A stretch of 64,000 nt of DNA. Source: Piromyces finnis finn (lineage: Eukaryota; Fungi; Neocallimastigomycota). This document shows positions 1 to 11,500 of this stretch, piece by piece (position 1 is the stretch's first letter; each line of letters begins with the position of its first letter). Below the pieces are notes generated by a model. The model did not search any database. It was not told the origin of the DNA and saw only the letters and a list, made by a program, of their open reading frames with translations. Position numbers and translations under genes: made by a program. The DNA lies in NCBI GenBank assembly GCA_002104945.1, contig MCFH01000076.1, positions 62,001 through 126,000 of the forward strand. Reading direction: 5' to 3'.

Positions 1-354
1 ATTCAACGTTGATTATAATTCTACATATGAAAAGGAATTAAACAGCGTTGTGAAAGTAAAAATTTCAAATAAAAATTATAAAAAGGTTGTAAAATCTAAA
101 GGAAGCTTTAGTATGTGGATGCTAGATTCAGGAGCATCAGTACACTTTACAAATAATATTAAATTATTACATAAAATTAAAAGGCATAAAGAACCAATTT
201 ACTACGCAGATGATGAAGTTGGTTATTCCACACATATAGGAAATTTAAAATGTTATTTTAATAAAGAACAAATAATTTTAAATAATGTCCTATATGTTCC
301 AGATATTAAAAGAAATTTGATATCTATTTCAAATTTTGTTAAAGAAGGCCTTAG

Positions 355-970
355 TGTAATGGCGACACGGAAAGAATAGATTAGGATATCTATTCTATTA
401 CAATAACACTAAATTTAAAATAAAAATAAAAATTGTTTTATTAAAAAATATCTTTTATTATAATAGAAATTTATTAATAACAATTACATCAATAAAATGA
501 TGAAAAATATCTTCTATTTATATTTTTCCTAAATACATTTATATTATATTATAACTATTTATTTCTTATATATTATTATTTAAAATCTACACTAAAATCT
601 TAATTATTAATAAATATTTAAACTATAACTATTTTTAGTAAAATACAATTGGCAATTCAAATTAAGTACTATTCAATTTGAATATGTGCCCATGTATTAT
701 TGATATATTAACCATTTATTATTTATATATTATTTATCTATTTCTATGAAAAAAACAATACTAAAACTAGGGATTTAAATTGAGAATTTTAATTTACTTG
801 TTAAACATTAAAAATAAATTAATAATTTATTTTGTTTTAAACTTTAATTATTAATAAATAAATTATGTCTCATTTTCTTTTTCTGAATATAATTTGTGTA
901 ACTTAAACAATAATACTTATGGCTTAAGTTACATTAAAGATATCAAGTTGAGGCGTTTGATATCTTTACA
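355..970 (-). mobile_element. Solo LTR, family B
   Basis: TG...CA ends; 5-bp TSD CTTAG (350-354 / 971-975); homologous to 3559-4148, 24876-25468 and 35166 onward. Confidence 0.9.
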
Positions 971-1197
971 CTTAGCGTAAATTTTAAAAATATAAATAAT
1001 GCTGCTACAACATTTATTCAAGATAAAAACAAAAATAACAATATGTATCAAGAGAAGATAAACATAATGTATTTAATGTTTATATATCAAAAACTAAATT
1101 ATTTAACTACCATATACAAAATCCAATGCATTGTTATTCTATTAGGAAGTTAAATAATGACGAAAAATTACATCTTTAGCATAGAAGACTAGGTCAT

Positions 1198-1858
1198 TGT
1201 AAAGATATAAAATATATCTTTAAATTATTTAATAATTAATTAATAATTATTAAATAATAATTTTGATATTTTAATGAAATTTTATGGAATAATTAAATAA
1301 AGATCAATTTTAAAATATCAAAGTTGGAAATAAAATTTGGTTAAATATTTAAATTAATGGATAATTAAATTTAAATATTTTAAATATTCAAATTAAATCT
1401 TAAAAAGTTTTTATTTAATTAAAATTAGTATAATAACTTTAGCGTAGTTTTAAATTAGCATTTCTTAATAGTAGATATATAATAAATAGAATTATTAATA
1501 TTTAATTAATAAAGTAATACATGGACTGTATTCAATTTGTAATTTACTCAAATTGAATCAAAGGTGTATTTAATTAGTTTTAGTTTAGTTTTATTATTTT
1601 ATTATTTAATTAAATGTATAATTAAATAGAACAGTATATTAAAATATATTTTACAAAAAATATAAATACATGTAAAATTTCGTAATTAAAACGATGTGAT
1701 TGTTATTGACTATAATTTAGTTAATAACTAAATAAAAGTTAATAAAAGAGAATTATAAATAAATTTTGTTTTTGTTTTTATTTTTTATTTTATTTTGTGT
1801 TTTTGTTTTATTGTAAAAATTTTATAATCTGTTTTAATTTTTTTATAAAACTTTTACA
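1198..1858 (+). mobile_element. Solo LTR, family A (subtype A1)
   Basis: TGTAAAGATAT...TTTTACA; TSD GTCAT (1193-1197 / 1859-1863); inserted directly after the HRRLGH codons. Confidence 0.9.
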
Positions 1859-2045
1859 GTCATTTTCATGCAAAAAGTATTGAAAATAAATTATTAAATA
1901 TAAACATTAAAGATATTTGCGAAACATGTTCATTATCAAAATTAAAAAATCAACCATATTATAGTTCTACTAATAAAAGTACAGAAATACTTCAATTAGT
2001 ACATACTAATATAGTTGGACCCATAAACGCGTCGTCTATATATAG

Positions 2046-3505
2046 TGTAAAATACTAATCTTAAAACAGATTATATATTTAACAATAAAACAACTAAACA
2101 CAAAAAACGAAAAAAAAATAAAAGAATATTTTTTTTCACAAATTATTACTCTATTAATTATTGAAATTAAAAATAACAATTACATTGATTTAACAAACAA
2201 AAATCACATGTATTTATATTTTTTCATAATTATATTCTAATATATTATTGTAAAGATATAAAGTATATCTTTAAATTATTTAATAATTAATTAATAATTA
2301 TTGAATAATAATTTTGATATTTTAATAAAAAAAAAATTGTTTATAAAATTTATTGTATAAATTTTATGGAATAATTAAATAAAGATTAATTTTAAAATAT
2401 CAAAGTTACAAATGAAATTTGGATAAATGTTTAAATTAATGGATAATTAAATTTAAATATTTTAAATATTCAAATTAAATCTTAAAAAGTTTTTATTTAA
2501 TTAAAATTAGTTTAATAACTTTAGCGTAGTTTGAAATTAGCATTTTTAATTATAAATATATAATAAATAGTATTGTTAATATTTAATTAATATATAGGTA
2601 ATACATGGACTGTATTCAATTTGCAGTTTACTCAAATTGAATCAAAAGTGTATTTAATTAGTTTTAGTTTAGTTTTATTATTTTATTATTTAATTAAATT
2701 AGTATTAAATTAGTTTTGTTTATTTTATATTGAATATATGTATAATTAAATAGAATAGTATATTAAAATATAATTTACGAAAAATATAAATGCATGTAAA
2801 ATTTCTTGATTAAAACGATGTAATTGTTATTGACTATTATTTAGTTAATAACTAAATAAAATTAATAAAAGAGATATTTTTAAATAGATTTTGTTTTTCT
2901 TGTTTCTTTTTATTTATTTCGTGTTTTATGTTTTATTGTAAAATTTTATAATCTGTTTTTTTATAAATTTTTACAATTATTCTATTTAAATAAACATATA
3001 TTTAATATAAAATAAACAAAACTAATATAGTTAAATAATAAAATAATAAAGCTAAATTAAAACTAATTCATTATACTTTTAATTCAATTTGAGTAAACTC
3101 AAAATTGAATAAAGCCCATGTATTATCTATAATTATTTTAATATTATTAATACTATTCATTATATATTTCCTATTGAAATATAAACAAATCTATTTTTTA
3201 AACTAAGTTAAAATTATTAAGCTATTCTAAAATTAAATAAAAAGTATTTAAAAACATTTTGAATATTTAAAATATTTAAAATATTTGAAATATTTGAAAT
3301 ATTTAAATTTATTTAAAATTCTTTTATTCCTTAAATTTAAATATTTATCTTAATTTAAATATAATGGAATTATTATAAAATAATTTACTATTAAATTATT
3401 CCATAAAATTTATTTTAAAACTTTATAATTATTTTTATTAAGTTTTAATTTATTATTTAATAATTAACTATTAATTATTAAATAATCTAAAGATATATCT
3501 TTACA
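2046..3505 (-). mobile_element. Solo LTR, family A (subtype A2), containing a nested A1 copy
   Basis: TSD TATAG (2041-2045 / 3506-3510); reverse complement of the 16774-17565 type. Confidence 0.85.
2249..2975 (+). mobile_element. Solo LTR A1 nested in the A2 copy
   Basis: TG...CA; TSD ATTAT (2244-2248 / 2976-2980); near-identical to 33480-34199. Confidence 0.9.
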
Positions 3506-3558
3506 TATAGTAACCATTATTTTATTACTTTTTTAGATAATTATTCAAGATATGGATA

Positions 3559-4148
3559 TGTAAAGATATCAAGCGCCACAAATTGATATCTTTAATGCAA
3601 CTTAAGACATAAACATTATTGTTTAAGTTACACAAATTATATTACAGAAAAAGAAAATGGAACATAATTTATTTATTAATAATTAAAGTTTAAACCAAAA
3701 TAAATTATTAATTTATTTTTAATGTTTAACAAATAAATTAAATTTCTCAATTTAAATCCCTAGTTTTAGTATTGTTTTGTAATAGAAATAAATATATAGT
3801 ATATAATTATTGAATGATTAATATATTAATAATACATGGGCACATATTCAAATTGAATAGTACTTAATTTGAATTACCAATTGTATTTTACTAAAAATAG
3901 TTAAGATTTTAGTGTAGATTTTAAATAATAATATATATATATAATAAATAGTTATAATATAATATAAATGTATTTAGGAAAAATATAAATAGAAGATATT
4001 TTTCATCATTTTATCGATGTAATTGTTATTAATAAATTTCTATTATAATAAAAGACATTTTTTTTAAAAACAATTTAATTTATTTTAAATTTAGTGTTAT
4101 TGTAATAGAATAAATACCCTAATTTATTCTTTTCGTATTTATATTACA
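3559..4148 (+). mobile_element. Solo LTR, family B
   Basis: TGTAAAGATATC...ATTACA; TSD GGATA / GGATG (1 mismatch); removal restores SRYGWVFF. Confidence 0.85.
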
Positions 4149-5036
4149 GGATGGGTATTTTTATAAAAAATAAAAGTGACGTGCTTAACGCGTTTAAAAC
4201 ATGGTATAATAAAGTTACCAATGAATTCAAAAGAAATATCACATATTTATGAAGTGATAATGGTACAGAATATAAATCATTAAATTTTAAAAAATTTTGT
4301 GATATTCATGGTATCATATAACAATTTACTGTACCATATAATCCACAACAAAATAAACGCGCTGAAAGGTTTAATGGAGTTTTAATCCATGCAGCTACCA
4401 CTATGTTACAAGATGCCAAATTATGTTGAAGGTTCTGGGAAGATGCAGTTAGAACTGCTAATATATTCACAATAGGCTACCTCATAATGGTAATGATTTA
4501 AAAGTACCTTATGAAATGTTATATAAAAACTCAGTGGATTACAACAAATTTCGTGTTTTTGGTTGTAAAGTGTTACATCTTAAACGTAACACAGAAAAAC
4601 ATAAATATGAAAGTACATTTCTACCTGGTATCTTTATTGGCTATAATGATAACTCTACTAGATTTAAAATTTATGATTTAAATTCATTTAAAATTGTCAT
4701 CAAAATAGTTGTAGAATTTCTCGAAGACCAAAAAGGTAATTTTAACTTTGATGATAATATCAAAAATATCAATTTCATTGATTATGATTCATTAATAAAT
4801 GAAATGGAGGGGGACGATAACGAAAGTCTTCAACAGGACATAGAAATTAACATATCATCAAATATTAATAACAATAATATTTCAAATAATTTAAATAAAA
4901 TAAATTATAATGGCAACAATAATTATATCGACATTAGCAATAATAATAATAACAATATAGAAAATAAAATTAATGATAATTAAATGAAAATAATATTTTA
5001 AATAAAAACAATATTACCATTTAATTTTTTATCATT

Positions 5037-5118
5037 CGTCAGCTGCAGGGTTTGAACCTGCGCGGGCAAAGCCCATCAGATTTCAAGTCTGACTCCTTAA
5101 CCACTCGGACAAACTGAC
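5037..5118 (-). tRNA. tRNA-Ser(UGA), 82 nt, intronless
   Basis: Minus strand reads GTCAGTT...AGCTGAC-G acceptor stem, D loop GAGTGGTTAAG, anticodon arm TCAGA-CT TGA AA-TCTGA, long variable arm GGGC-TTT-GCCC, T arm GCAGG-TTCAAAC-CCTGC. Confidence 0.95.
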
Positions 5119-5130
5119 ATTTTCTTGTTC

Positions 5131-5747
5131 TGTCACAATAACATATATAAAAATTTAAAAAATTTGGACACATGGAAAAAATTAAAAATTTTTTTAAAAT
5201 TTGAAAATTTGAAAATTTGAAAAAATTTATTTTTTAAATTTTTATTAAAAAATTTCAAAGTATAAAATTTCTAATATTTGAAATTATTAAATTTTTAAAA
5301 TTATTAAAATTTTATTATTAAAAATTTTATTTTAAATTTATTAACTATTTACAATAATTATATTAATTATTAATTTATAAAAATTAAATATTTTATAATT
5401 AGACAATAATTAATTAAAATTAAAAAATGTAATAATTAAAATTGTTCATGTATAAAAAGAACAAAAATTGACAAAAATTACGAAGCTTTAGCGTTAGTAA
5501 TTTTTTAACTTAAAGTTAATAAAATTTATAAACTCCTATAAAACCTAAAACTTTAAAAATTTTAATATTTTTAATAACTTAATATATGCTGATATTAAGT
5601 TATTGCTAAAATAAAAATATTATTTAAATTTCTTTATATAAATATTATTAGCTTTACGCCTTCAATAGGAAAGCGTATTATATTTATTAATTAATATAAC
5701 TAGTGTGCTTACCACACTTTTCTTTAATAAAAAATCGCTTTTTGACA
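5131..5747. mobile_element. Solo LTR, family E, 12 nt upstream of tRNA-Ser
   Basis: TGTCAC...TTTGACA; TSD TGTTC (5126-5130 / 5748-5752); inverted homolog at 26519-27065. Confidence 0.85.
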
Positions 5748-5755
5748 TGTTCTTT

Positions 5756-6516
5756 TGATACAAGATGCATAGAAAAATATAATATTTTAAATATTTTATG
5801 AATAATATCTAATCCTTTTATAAATTGTATATCAATTACTAATGATAATAATAATTAAACTATATTAGTATAAATTATTATGACGCAAATGTTACACATA
5901 CATTAGAATAATTAGTTACACAAGAAAGGAAAAGATATAAAAAGAGAGTGTTAAAGCAGAAGATATCGAGAGAGAGAACTTTTCATTTATAAATAATATT
6001 TGATATTTTAGTTTTAAGTATTAGTTTTATTTTATTTTATTTTTATATTAATAGTTTTAGTTTAAGTTAGTTTTAGGTTAATAATTACGTATTTAGTATT
6101 TATTATATTTCCTTCAGTTTAAATATTAGTTATAAAAGAAAAGAATATTTATTGTTTATTTTTACTATTTCAGAAAAGTTATATTTTATCATTAATAATA
6201 CTTTCATCAACATATTTTTATATTTACACATTATATTTAATTATTTATATTTATTCAATAATAACTTTCGATCCTATTAGTATTGAATGTTATTAATGTT
6301 ATAATCATAATAATAATAATAATTAAATAAAGAATCTTTAAACCAAAATCTATTTAATTATATTATTATAAAATTTATTATTTTTATTATTTATTTTTAT
6401 TATTATAAAATAGAAATAAATACAATATTAACTAATATATTATTCATATATCATTCCCTATTGCTAACGTTCATAATTATATTTTATTTATGGTGTTTTT
6501 GAAATATATTGCATCA
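5756..6516. mobile_element. Solo LTR, family D1
   Basis: TGATACAAG...GCATCA; 4-bp TSD CTTT (5752-5755 / 6517-6520); diverged copy at 22003-22773. Confidence 0.75.
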
Positions 6517-7321
6517 CTTTGATAAATAATGAAATTAATAAATATAAAATTATTATTATACCTGATTTTTAAGTTAACCCTAAAAGTAACTTAAAACAAG
6601 TTATAGTTTAATTAAGTACTTTACCAAAATTCTAAAATAAAATTAATCCTAAACACTGCATATGTTTTGATTATTGAAAGAAAATAATAAACTTTAATTA
6701 ATAGAGATCAAAATATATAACTTTTGTTAAATTAATTGTTAAATTAAATATTTAATAACTTCGTTAGTAAATTACACTTTAAAAGTAAACAAATATAATA
6801 ATTCATGTTATAAAATAATATAATTAAACACCTTTATTAAAATACTAAAAATAATTATTACTTTAATTAATTGTAAAATAAACAACTTTTTATATTCTTT
6901 AACTTTTAATTATTTCTTTTATTGTTATTTCTAATTACTTTTATTGTAAATAGTTATTAATTTTATTGTTTTAATGTAAATAGTTTAAATCTAAAAGAAA
7001 ATATAAATACATGTAAATATTCTTATTTTAATCATTATTATTATTATTAATAAAGAAATATTATATAGTTAGATTAATATTTATAATTTTAATAATTACT
7101 TTTATACTTAAATAAATAAAATTTTAAATATTTAAATATTAGAAAAACAAGTGTTTCTAATAAAACAATTTAGTGTTTTAACAAAACAATTTTATTAATT
7201 TTTATAAAAACGATTTTAAATCTTAATCAATATAACTTATATAGTTATAACAAAAGATATAATATAATAATCACTTTTTGAAGTAAAATTCAAAATTAAG
7301 ATTATTATCAAATTATATCAA

Positions 7322-7338
7322 TGGTCCTTCGAACCGGA
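7322..7338 (+). promoter_or_regulatory. Primer-binding site of element 2, tRNA-Tyr-like
   Basis: TGGTCCTTCGAACCGGA starts 1 nt after the 5' LTR; complementary to ...UCCGGUUCGAAGGACCA, which matches the animal-type tRNA-Tyr 3' end (UCCGGCUCGAAGGACCA, recalled) with 1 difference. Confidence 0.7.
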
Positions 7339-7923
7339 GAATCAAAATAAGGTAAATATATAAATTTTCTTTATATAAAAATTTCATATAGAATAGTAAA
7401 ATATTCTATGAAATTAATTAAATAACCAAGTTATAATAGTATAGAATAGATAGTTAATAGAATAGTTAAATATTCTCAATATTTTATCTATTTAGAAATT
7501 ATAACTTATTAAATAATAAAATAATATTAAAATAATAAATCAATATTCAATATTGAAATATTATTTAAATATTATTAAATCAATATTAAAATAAAATAAA
7601 TAAATTATAATACTTAATAGTATAGTATTAATATAGTACATTGATATATAAACATTATATATTAGATAAAATATATAGATATTTTAAATAAGAAAAGAAT
7701 TAAAAAAAAAAAAAAAATAGTATAGAAAAATTATTAGATAAATAGATTGATAATATTATAAATAAGATAGTTGAAAGAATTAATTATAATAATAAAATAG
7801 GTATATATACATTAGATATATATACATAAAAATAAATATATAATAAAAATAAATCAAAATAATAATAAATAAAGATTTAAGTATATATATATAAAAAATA
7901 TATATACACCAAACAAACCAAAA

Positions 7924-7954
<31 letters not shown>

Positions 7955-8553
7955 ATAAAACTTTATAAATAAAAATACTTGTAAAAATATACTAGGAGCG
8001 TATAGAGCTCATATACAGAGTTTCAGTGTATAATTAACTAGTTTCAGTTGGTTAGAAACTATAGCTGTTAATCACTGAAGTATTTGTAAAAGTAGGACGA
8101 GTGTGAATAGCACGCTTACTTGGGGGAAGGGATTGTTAGTGTGATAAAAAGCACGCAATACAGGACTCTCAAGTTGAATACTTTTGTGAACTCTGGCGAA
8201 TAAGGAACTTTAGTCACCGAAGGCTAAAGGTTTGTCGTGAAGGTAAAGCGACATAAAAATATATAGTTTAAATTTATTTTGAGGTCTAGTATATCACCTC
8301 TAGTTAGTAGCTTTTGCCGGTTAATTAAATTGTTGTAAGGCACTAAAAAGCGAAAAATAAATCCTGTAAATAAAGTTTTATATTTAATTATTTTTTTTTA
8401 AAAAAAGAAAAAGAAATACATAAATTATAATTATAAATTAATAATTATAATTTATAAATTAAAGATAAAAATTATTTAATTATAAAATATAATCATCGGT
8501 CAAATAAAATTAAAAGTATTGTTATAAATTTTAAATAATAAAAGCAATAATAT

Positions 8554-11500
8554 TGTAATGAGGTATATCTAATGATAAGGGTTAGACTAGAAAATCATTA
8601 AGGTTAGATTAATGAAAATTTCATAATTATATTTTTATAACCAATCATTAAGTAATTAATTCACTTATCAAATTGTATTAAAAAAAAAAAATAATTTTCA
8701 TGTATAAAAGAGAGAATAAGAAAGATAAAATAGTTCTTTAGTGTTTTTATTAATAATTAATAAAAATTAGTTTTTTTTGTTTCGTCTTTAGTTTGATAAT
8801 ACACTGACCTAGCGAGTTAGTCGTATTATAATAATAAATTTAATAAATAAACATTATTAAAAAAATTACATATATATTTGATACATTAGAGTGTGTGTTT
8901 ATTATTATAATATTTCGTTACAATAAAAACACTCTAAGAAAAAGATCGCTACCTCAGTGCCTCGTTTATTTGCTTACTTCTAATTTTTTTTATGGATAAC
9001 TCTGCTGATTTGAAGAACGGTTTTGATGGCAACCGTCGCTACCTGAAGGGATTCTTAGCCAAAATGGACATGATCTTTATGATCCATCCTGAAATAGGAA
9101 GGGACGATGGAGAAAAGGTCTTCTACGTCGTTAGTCGCCTCTACGGGGATGCAATGAATTGGGCTGCTACCTTGATTAACAACCATGATCCTTGCTTACA
9201 GGATTATGGCGCCTTTGTTGGAAAGCTGAAGGCTGCTTTTGGTTTTCAGGATATGGTCTATACTGCCAACCAAAAGCTCAAGAAGATCAAACAACATGGC
9301 CTATCCAATACTCAAGAGTATATCAAGGAATTTAACTACTATGCTGATGAATCCACTTGGAATGAACAAGCCAAGATGGATGCTTTTGTTGATGGGTTGG
9401 ACGATAGAATCGCCACCCATATCCTTCAGATGTTTCCTGGCCCCTCTACCTTGATAAACTTACAAACAATAGCCAGTCGTATAGGAAGTAGATTGGCATG
9501 CCACCAAGAGGAAATAAACAGAAGATCCAATAGAAGTTTCCGTTCTAAACAAAGCTTCCAATCCCGCTCCTCAGAAAGATCTACAAGTAAATCCACTCAG
9601 CCCAAGAAGGAAAATAATTTTGGCCCCATTTCAAGTGAAGAACGTAGCCGCCGAATGAAAGAGAATCTCTGCTTATATTGTGGTAAACCTGGTCACCGAT
9701 TATCTGAATGCCCTATTAGAACCAAAAAGGAAAACCATACTAATAATGCTGGGGTCCATGTTTTGAATGAACAAAAAAAATCCACTCGACTTTCGGATAA
9801 CTCCTCTTTACCTCAAACTGTTATCGATGTTGATGTTGTTCTTCCATACAAATCTGTCGGAACTAAAGTTCTCTTAGATAGTGGTTCACAATTCTGTTTG
9901 ATAGACCACGCCTTTGTTAAGGCCCATGAGATCCCTATAATTACCAAAGTAAAATGCCCACAAATTATAGGTATCGGAGGTCACCAAAAGATTATCGGCC
10001 AGACTTGGCCTATAACTGTGGAACACATGAATCACTCATGCCAGTTACAATTTTACGTCGTAGAATTGCCTTCTTACTGTTGTATTCTTGGCTCTGATTG
10101 GCTAGCCCTTCACAATCCGACAATCAATTTTGCTAGTAAGGACGTTTCCTATCATTCTGAATACTGTAAGGAAAATTGCTTAAGGAAAGAATCTGCTAGC
10201 TCTACCACTTCTGAACTCGAAGACCAATCGAAGGACGAAATGTCAGTTGGAAATACACCTGAATACCCTTTCAATGTATTCACTTGTTTAGAAGAACCTG
10301 AAGTTGAGTCACCCCAAATTCCAATTCACTACTCTCAACACTCCAAAGTGTTCGAGGAAAGGCTCGCTGATAAACTCCCTCCTCATCGCCCGTACGACTG
10401 TGAGATCAACCTGAGACCAAATAGCAACTTGTTTTATGGTCCAATCTACCGACTTACTGAGAAAGAATCAAAGGTATTAGAAGAAACCATTAATGAAAAT
10501 TTAAAAAGGGGTTTATCCGCAAATCCAAATCGCCAGCTGGTGCTCCCGTTCTGTTTGTCCCGAAGAAGAGTGGAGAACTTCGTATGTGTATCGACTACCG
10601 CCGCTTGAACGAAATCACCATTAGGAACTCGTACCCTCTCCCATTGATCCAAGACATGTTGGATCATCTAGGAAAAGCTAAGGTGTTCTCGAAGCTAGAT
10701 CTTCGATCCGCCTATAACTTGGTAAGAATCAAAGAAGGCGATGAATATAAGACCGCCTTCACCTGTCAATTTGGCCATTTCGAATATCTGGTAATGCCTT
10801 TCGGTCTCAAGAACGCTCCTGCAGTCTTCCAACATTTTATTAACGACGTTCTTGAAGGCATTATCGGTAAATTCGTCTTTTCGTATATTGACGATATTAT
10901 CATTTTCTCTGATAATATAGCCGAACATCATGAACACGTCAATGAAGTCCTTCGTAGACTCGAAGAAGCCGGACTGTACGCTAAACTTGAAAAATGTCTA
11001 TTCGACTCTCCTTGTCTTGACTTCCTTGGTCATAGAATCTCTGCCTCTGGTATCGGAATGGACCCTAATAAGGTGAAAGCCATTGCGGAATGGCCGACTC
11101 CTAAATCGGTCCATGAACTACAATCTTTCCTAGGCTTAGCCAACTATTATCGTAGATTTATTCCTGGCTTTGCTAAGATTGCTCACCCACTCCACCAACT
11201 TTGCAAGAAGAACACCGCCTTCGTTTGGAACGATACCGCTCAAGATGCTTTTGATGCTTTGGTTAAGCATTTTATTAGTCAGCCTATCCTTGCATATCCT
11301 GATGTTGACCTACCTTTCGTTGTCGAAACCGATGCAAGTAACTTCACCATAGGTGCTGTATTGTCTCAAGTCAACAAGTCCGACAATATTCTTCACCCTG
11401 TTGCGTTCTTTTCTAGATCCCTTACAAACCCGGAGAAGAACTACCCTATCTATGATAAAGAACTTTTGGCTATCGTCGCGTCCTTAGAAGTGTGGAGACA

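Larger units (their letters stand above)
1..4985 (+). pseudogene. Ty1/copia pol remnant (protease, GAG-pre-integrase, integrase core) split into 1-354, 971-1197, 1859-2045, 3506-3558 and 4149-~4985 by solo-LTR insertions; no RT/RNase H present
   Basis: Motifs WMLDSGASVH (protease), L*HRRLGH plus CETC (HHCC), LVHTNIVGP, YFITFLDNYSRYGW, L*SDNGTEY, PQQNKRAER, FWEDAV and FRVFGC. The frame rejoins when each LTR plus one TSD is removed (e.g. KEGLS|VNFKN). In-frame stops are present. Confidence 0.9.

Noticed and set aside
5756-7320. One 1.56-kb LTR for element 2 with a deleted 3' LTR
   Set aside because: D1 has its own TG...CA ends and a CTTT TSD, and the remaining 5' and 3' LTRs are both exactly 801 bp with a TCTT TSD. 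The repeated D1-D2 junction at 22773-22777 keeps this as a minor alternative.
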